Program-made: the position numbers and the translations under genes
IMG/VR virus record: IMGVR_UViG_3300032038_000054
Origin: an uncultured virus (IMG/VR IMGVR_UViG_3300032038_000054)
Taxonomy: Duplodnaviria > Heunggongvirae > Uroviricota > Caudoviricetes
Length of the DNA stretch: 64,000 nucleotides
Reading direction: 5' to 3' (one strand)
Notes under the pieces: generated by a model
Databases searched by the model: none
What the model was told of the DNA's origin: nothing
The model's input: the letters and a program-made list of their open reading frames with translations, nothing else
In this document: positions 58,777-64,000 of the stretch, piece after piece
Numbering within the stretch: the first letter of the stretch is position 1
How the letters are laid out: each line of letters opens with the position of its first letter

Positions 58777-59082
58777 TCAATGTGTTATGGGTTTATTTTT
58801 TCTCATAGCATTAAACTGTTGTACGTATTTCTCGAAATCTCTGCCTTCTTCAACCGCAGTTTTCTTTTGTTTGCCGCCAAATAGTTCAAACGGCTTTTGA
58901 GGGTATTTAGTGTTCTTTGCTAATACCGAAGCGATGGCATGTTGATTATAAAGACCATACAACCAAGCTTCAAGATTAGTTGCGTTTTGTCTCGAATCCA
59001 TATCCATTTCATACGCTTTTTCAAAAGGTTTTAACTTGCGAGGATTCAAATGCCAGAAAACATCGTAAGGAACGTGCATCAA
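58777..59082 (-). CDS. Tail assembly chaperone, frameshift-extension part (gpT-like)
   Basis: Frame is open upstream into the preceding gene. Confidence 0.75.
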   Translation of the reverse strand: MMHVPYDVFWHLNPRKLKPFEKAYEMDMDSRQNATNLEAWLYGLYNQHAIASVLAKNTKYPQKPFELFGGKQKKTAVEEGRDFEKYVQQFNAMRKNKPITH

Positions 59083-59138
59083 TAATGCCGATGGAAGCCA
59101 ACCCTCATTTACTGCCTCAGTAAAACTACTATACTTTT

Positions 59139-59504
59139 TTACTTCTTTGTTGTGGTCTTCCTTGTCTGAGGCTTCTTGTGGTCTTGAGGAGTCGGACGAT
59201 TCCCAAAACCCGCATCAGCCATAGCCTCTGTGAATACACCAAAGATATCCTCAAGTGAGCCACCATTGCCAAGATGCTGTGTAAGAAGTCTACCTGCCTC
59301 TCTAACAGGAATACCTGTCATTACAGCAAGAATACCTCTTGTCATAGTCATAAGCTTTGAACGGTCAAGACCTCCATCCATCATAGCCATTACATCAATT
59401 CCCTGTCCTTCAAGGTCACAAACAAGGTTTGTGAAATCAAGCTCTGCTACAGGAAGAAGCTGTGCGCCTTCTGCCGTCTGAATTGTAATTGTTCTTGTAA
59501 TCAT
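59139..59504 (-). CDS. Tail assembly chaperone (gpG-like)
   Basis: Between tail tube and tape measure genes; slippery G-GGT-TTT at 59205-59211. Confidence 0.8.
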   Translation of the reverse strand: MITRTITIQTAEGAQLLPVAELDFTNLVCDLEGQGIDVMAMMDGGLDRSKLMTMTRGILAVMTGIPVREAGRLLTQHLGNGGSLEDIFGVFTEAMADAGFGNRPTPQDHKKPQTRKTTTKK

Positions 59505-59642
59505 AATTCTTTTTCTCCTTTTGTTCGCCTATAAACAAAATCGCCTAGTTTCTAATACATAGAAGGGGCAAGGCGTTAATCCTCGCCCCTTTCGTTTTTA
59601 GTATACCATATTAGATATCAATGTTAAAGGTTTACCTTTTTA

Positions 59643-60089
59643 TCAGCCACTAACTGACTCAACCTTCTTGATAGCCTGCTCACCCTCATCAGAGATAGTG
59701 ATTGTCATAGGAATTGCCGCATTTGACTCGTAGCCTCCAACGTAAACTGAAAGCTTACCCTGCCACTCGAACTTTCCGCCTACACCATCATCTCCAATCC
59801 AAACTTGGTATGTGTCAAGCTCCGATGCAGAAGTCTTGTCATAGTCAGCTTCCATGATAGACTGCAAGGTATCATAAATCTCTGAATCGTACCATGCACT
59901 GAACTCGTGAGAAGAAACTGTCTGAATACCATTCATGTTCTTCTGTTTTCTATCAGAAAGCGTTGTAATATCTATCTGCTCAGGCGCTCCACCTAAGTCG
60001 GGTACAGATGTAATATCACAAAGTTTTGAAAATGTTGCTGTTCCATTAGGTTTTCTGTAAAGATATGAAACATTAGATAATACTGCCAT
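59643..60089 (-). CDS. Major tail (tube) protein
   Basis: ITSVPDLGGAPEQIDITTLSD...GIQ. Confidence 0.85.
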   Translation of the reverse strand: MAVLSNVSYLYRKPNGTATFSKLCDITSVPDLGGAPEQIDITTLSDRKQKNMNGIQTVSSHEFSAWYDSEIYDTLQSIMEADYDKTSASELDTYQVWIGDDGVGGKFEWQGKLSVYVGGYESNAAIPMTITISDEGEQAIKKVESVSG

Positions 60090-60198
60090 CTTTTTTCCTC
60101 CATAAATTCCCTAGCCATAAGGGAGAATTGCCTATGTTAAAGGTTGGAAACCGCTAGGCAACGGCTTGTCGGATGCGCTTTCCTATCCAACCAATGTT

Positions 60199-60561
60199 CT
60201 ATACATCAAGCCTCTCGTATCTTGCCACGAAACGCTTTACGTTAGTAGGTGTCTCTATTGGTCTAAAGGTTCTACACCTAAATCCCAATGTTCTCATAAA
60301 GCTTCTAATTTCAGAAGCCATATTTCTTGCTTGATTCATGTTTCCATCCGTGTATGTTTCTATCTGAAATGCCAGTTTAACTCCTACTTCATTGTTAGAA
60401 AGGTCATCCAATGCAGTAGGTGCATCAAGCAAATAAAAGTACATATACGGAATTTTTACATCATTTTCATTGTAATTTTGACCTGTCTTAAGGTTTGGGT
60501 ACAGGCTTTTCATATATATACTTAAATCGTTATATATCTTATTTGTCTTATCTTCTACCAT
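60199..60561 (-). CDS. Tail terminator/completion protein
   Basis: Synteny; FQIETY...MRTLGF...RFVARY. Confidence 0.7.
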   Translation of the reverse strand: MVEDKTNKIYNDLSIYMKSLYPNLKTGQNYNENDVKIPYMYFYLLDAPTALDDLSNNEVGVKLAFQIETYTDGNMNQARNMASEIRSFMRTLGFRCRTFRPIETPTNVKRFVARYERLDV

Positions 60562-61085
60562 TTAAGAACCTCATTCCTAATCTTTCTATGTTCTCCAATC
60601 AATCTTTCAACCGCTCGATACATAAAAGGATTTGCGGGTATTCCGTTTGTTATATGCCATTTTCCATCTTCGCCTTTATACTTCCAGTAATCAAGACCTT
60701 CTTGATTATGTACAATATACGAACCAGTGTTCCAATAAATATTATAAGGCGGAGGTAAGGCATTTAACCATTCGTCATTTATTCCTTCATGGAGATTAAG
60801 ACCGATAATACCTGTTCCGAACTCTATAAACTGCACATGACCGTCAAAAACAACAACTCCTTCTGCACGTTCGCCATAATCATTGATATATACACTTTTC
60901 ATTAATCCTAGCGCACTACTCGGAGCTTCTTCTAACAAGAGTTCTTTGAAAGTTTCCATCATAGCTTCTGTATACTTCATAGGAAACTCTTTTAAAATCT
61001 TTTTATAAGTCTCGAGTTTCTTTATTGCTTCTTGTATACTAGATACTCTTAATGGATTAACTTTGATTACCTTGTCCATAACCAT
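60555..61085 (-). CDS. HK97 gp10-like neck protein
   Basis: FIEFGTG...W.Y...TNGIPANPFMY. Confidence 0.72.
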   Translation of the reverse strand: MVMDKVIKVNPLRVSSIQEAIKKLETYKKILKEFPMKYTEAMMETFKELLLEEAPSSALGLMKSVYINDYGERAEGVVVFDGHVQFIEFGTGIIGLNLHEGINDEWLNALPPPYNIYWNTGSYIVHNQEGLDYWKYKGEDGKWHITNGIPANPFMYRAVERLIGEHRKIRNEVLKW

Positions 61086-61452
61086 CTATCCTTTGGATAG
61101 CCCATACTCTTTGATATAAGCCTTTTGCAACTTTCTTGACTATATAATCTGGTTTTGTATCTGTCGAACCATCCTCTTTAAAGTCAGGCGCTACATCTAT
61201 AAAAAGCTTTGAATACTCATTAATCGGCAAATCCTGCACTGTTGAAATCATCTTGTCATATACAAGGTCTCTTCCAAAAGGCGTGTCGTATATTTCTGAG
61301 GTATTCGCGCTTATCATCGCTTTTGCCTTGATAGGATTTGAATAGCTAGGTACAGTATCTCCCGTCAAATACCCGTCATCATCGACTTCCTCTACTTCAC
61401 CGATATATGTTTGATAATAAAATTCTCTTTGATTACCGCTATAGTCAAACAT
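61057..61452 (-). CDS. Head-closure (stopper) protein
   Basis: Synteny and size. Confidence 0.6.
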   Translation of the reverse strand: MFDYSGNQREFYYQTYIGEVEEVDDDGYLTGDTVPSYSNPIKAKAMISANTSEIYDTPFGRDLVYDKMISTVQDLPINEYSKLFIDVAPDFKEDGSTDTKPDYIVKKVAKGLYQRVWAIQRIDGYGQGNQS

Positions 61453-61464
61453 TTAACCACCTTC

Positions 61465-61794
61465 TTACCAAACATAAGTTTTTACTGGTATCTGACTTAA
61501 ACTGCTACCTATGCTTTCATCGCCACCAGACTGCCAAACTCTCCTAACGCCAAGCTCTGAAAATTCTTTCAAGCCATCGCGTTTAGCTACGTCTAAAGTT
61601 GTTTTAGCAAGGTCATAAATTTCATACTCATATCTGTTTATGAAATTCTCACGTTCCTCTGCGGTAGGTATATCACCCTCACCCCAAAAGTAATGATTTA
61701 ATGCCATGCTTGTTGCTCTATCAAGTAGCACTTCAAGCTGTGCGTCCGTAAAAGAAGTTTCTCCGATTATAGCTTTAAAAGTTTCTATACTCAT
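61465..61794 (-). CDS. Head-tail adaptor protein
   Basis: Synteny; G...FSELGVRRVW motif. Confidence 0.65.
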   Translation of the reverse strand: MSIETFKAIIGETSFTDAQLEVLLDRATSMALNHYFWGEGDIPTAEERENFINRYEYEIYDLAKTTLDVAKRDGLKEFSELGVRRVWQSGGDESIGSSLSQIPVKTYVW

Positions 61795-61849
61795 ATCAAC
61801 CTCTTTTTATCGGCTAGGACGTTTCATCCTAGCCGACTTATTTTTAATA

Positions 61850-62815
61850 TCAGCCCGATACTACTGAATCCTCGGGGAAGTCCTCAGAAAGACCAGTAAT
61901 CTTAGCTGAGAGCCATTCTGCACCGTGGTCGAGACCAATCATACCGTAAATCTGATAGTTGTCACCTGCACCAGTCTTTGCAAGAGGCTCAAGGAAGAAG
62001 TTACCCTTGTTAGGAGTAATCTGCTCCATAGGACGCATGATTGAAGGATTAAACACAAGTGCTGTTCCTACAGGGATTGTAGGCATAAGCTGTACTGCTA
62101 CTGCTCCGAAAGGTGTAAGCACTGTCTGAATCTGCAAACCATTGATGTTACGCTCTCTAGGAACTGCTGACATGCCGTTCTTATTAGCGTCATAATCAAG
62201 CTGTGCAAGGTGTACTGCTGACATACCAACAACGATATTAGAAATATCGCCACCTGCATTAGCGATTGCCATAAGTGCCTTTGAGATAAGATTACGTGTG
62301 AGATAATCACCACCTGCGTTAATCTCGTTGGTAGTAATTGCTGTAAGAATACCTCTTGACTTGTTTACCTCGTTGTCAGTTGTAGCCTTATTGAATACAC
62401 CGTTGATAAATGTATACTCAATATCCTGTGCAATCTTAGCCATTGCTCTCTCAATCTGGAATGTAAGTTCACTCTGAGGGTTAGGCTGTTGTCCTGCAAC
62501 GTTAACGCCGCTCATTGTTCCCATGTTAGCCTCTTTTGCGTAAGATACGCTTACAGACTCTTGGAAAATCTGAGTAACGTTTGTCAACTGGCTTCTTGTT
62601 GAAACAAGAGCTTCGGGCGCTGTAAGTGAAGCGCTCTCTGAGATATTAGGCTGTGAACCCTGTACCGCATTGTAATACTGTCCTGTTACAAATTCCACAT
62701 GATTAGTAGTTCCTCTATTAGCTCCGATAATTGTTGAAAAAGGAGTTGTCTCAACGCCCTTTCTGAACAACATTCCGCTAAAATTGGGAGTACCAAAACT
62801 CATAGCTGTTGCCAT
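61850..62815 (-). CDS. Major capsid protein (DUF5309/SU10-like)
   Basis: TNVTQIFQESVSVSY, DIEYTFING, EPLAKTG...IYGMIGLDHG; follows the scaffold gene. Confidence 0.85.
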   Translation of the reverse strand: MATAMSFGTPNFSGMLFRKGVETTPFSTIIGANRGTTNHVEFVTGQYYNAVQGSQPNISESASLTAPEALVSTRSQLTNVTQIFQESVSVSYAKEANMGTMSGVNVAGQQPNPQSELTFQIERAMAKIAQDIEYTFINGVFNKATTDNEVNKSRGILTAITTNEINAGGDYLTRNLISKALMAIANAGGDISNIVVGMSAVHLAQLDYDANKNGMSAVPRERNINGLQIQTVLTPFGAVAVQLMPTIPVGTALVFNPSIMRPMEQITPNKGNFFLEPLAKTGAGDNYQIYGMIGLDHGAEWLSAKITGLSEDFPEDSVVSG

Positions 62816-62834
62816 TTCTTTTCCTCCTTAATGG

Positions 62835-63470
62835 TTATTGTGCGTTCTGTTGCGCCCCCATAAGCTGAGCTGTAATAGCTCCTTGAAGGTCGCCAGACGC
62901 AAGCTTTTCTTGATAAATTTTGTTATAATCAATCTGCCCGTTACCATTTCCAGAAGCGGGTTCTGGCATGTGTGCGTACAACTCTGCTGTAGTCTCTTCC
63001 TTGACTCTCTTTCTTTCGGATTCCAAAAATCCCTTGAGAAGAGTATTTACAGCCTCCTCTTCGCCTTCCATCTTCATCTGTGCAACTTTTGTTGCATAGT
63101 CTTTATCCATTCCAAGCGCAAGGTAGCTGTCAACAGAATCCCTAAAAGCATTTTTCTTTTTCTCTTTTTCAAGCTCATCTCTCATAAGAGCAATCTCTTC
63201 GGTTTGCTGTGTTGTTAGCGAACTCTCAGATGCAATCTTTTCGCTTAGTTGTTTCTTTAAGCTACTAATCTGGCTTGAATAGTCGTCTATTATCTTCTTT
63301 TGCTTGCGAAGTTCAATCTGCATAGAAGCATTTGCCTTCAAAAGCTCAGAATCTTTAGGTTGTTCTACGTTCTGCCCTTCTTGTGTAGCAGTTGAATTAA
63401 CATCCTGCTGTTCAAGGTTCTGCTCGTTCTGGTTAACAGTAGCGTTCTGATTGTTATTACTAAGTTCCAT
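62835..63470 (-). CDS. Capsid scaffolding protein
   Basis: Charged coiled coil directly upstream of the capsid gene. Confidence 0.72.
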   Translation of the reverse strand: MELSNNNQNATVNQNEQNLEQQDVNSTATQEGQNVEQPKDSELLKANASMQIELRKQKKIIDDYSSQISSLKKQLSEKIASESSLTTQQTEEIALMRDELEKEKKKNAFRDSVDSYLALGMDKDYATKVAQMKMEGEEEAVNTLLKGFLESERKRVKEETTAELYAHMPEPASGNGNGQIDYNKIYQEKLASGDLQGAITAQLMGAQQNAQ

Positions 63471-63577
63471 GTTTAATTCTCCTTTGCGTTTAAATTTATT
63501 ACACGCTTTTCTCTAAGCGAGTGCGTTTACAGTTCTCTCTGATTTATTTATATGTAAAAGGCTTATAGCCTCGAACA

Positions 63578-64000
63578 TCATTTATATTCTGTAGAACATC
63601 TACAGTTGTCAAGCTCACTTTCACTTGCTCCGAGTGAATCATCTCCCGCAAACATCATTTGAGAAGTACCAACATTAAAAGGTTCATCTATATCTACCGT
63701 AACGCCTTCCATAATTTCATGGGTAGGTCTTACTCTTTCATCTAATGATGTATGCCATATCTTTTTCTTGTTTTTCGCTTTTGCCTCGAAATATTCTTCA
63801 TTGTTATATTTCCAATTGGCTTCATTTAATGCGATTAAATTTGCTCTCGATTGACCGAGCCATGTTTCTATTTTGTCTGAGTTTGCGATTATAGCACTTA
63901 CCGCAACTCCTTTTATTACTGAATCTACAAAATCATCAGCATCATTACGTTTGTTTTTAGCAGGAATAGCTGTTATATTGTTCCAAGTTACTTCTTGTAT
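63578..64000 (-). CDS. Head morphogenesis (MuF/SPP1 gp7-like) protein, 5'-truncated by window edge
   Basis: Read by hand: KIWHTSLDERVRPTH...G..VDIDEPF.VG...NCRC. Confidence 0.8.
   Translation of the reverse strand: MQEVTWNNITAIPAKNKRNDADDFVDSVIKGVAVSAIIANSDKIETWLGQSRANLIALNEANWKYNNEEYFEAKAKNKKKIWHTSLDERVRPTHEIMEGVTVDIDEPFNVGTSQMMFAGDDSLGASESELDNCRCSTEYK

Larger units (their letters stand above)
1..64000. mobile_element. Tailed dsDNA phage (siphovirus-like) genome segment, probably from a Bacillota/Clostridia host; terminase and portal presumably lie beyond the right edge
   Basis: Capsid, head-tail, tail tube, tape measure, lysis, replication and recombination genes throughout; no host housekeeping genes. 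Confidence 0.95.

Noticed and set aside
60090..60198. Structured RNA upstream of the major tail gene
   Set aside because: Somewhat GC-rich with short possible stems, but there is no second copy or recognisable motif to support a call
1..64000. Stop-codon reassignment
   Set aside because: Long genes are intact under the standard bacterial code, and TAA, TAG and TGA all end genes

Overview
The window is about 64 kb of a low-GC, long-tailed (siphovirus-type) phage genome. The host is probably a Bacillota/Clostridia bacterium, inferred from sigma-A promoters, AGGAGG RBSs, an SleB-like hydrolase and an LL-H-type holin. No host housekeeping genes are visible. On the minus strand, right to left: head and first tail genes (MuF, scaffold, capsid, connectors, tail tube, frameshifting chaperone, 3287-aa tape measure, Dit); a ~28 kb early/middle block (Cro-like HTH, ERF, SSB, resolvase, initiator with iterons, primase-helicase, two glycosyltransferases, an ncRNA cluster, an array of modular small genes); a second tail block with its own promoter; a six-gene module of unknown function; lysis genes; and a 1030-aa tail fibre. 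The first 4.9 kb is a convergent plus-strand block of extreme A-richness encoding FtsK and a minimal tyrosine recombinase. Four transposase-less IS200/IS605 elements (3 TnpB, 1 IscB) are present, all with intact catalytic residues. The main candidate for a new system is 32.0-33.5 kb: a gene-less copy of one TnpB omega-RNA with a different guide, embedded among two non-canonical tRNA-like RNAs and another repeated motif. All calls come from manual reading; no database searches were run.
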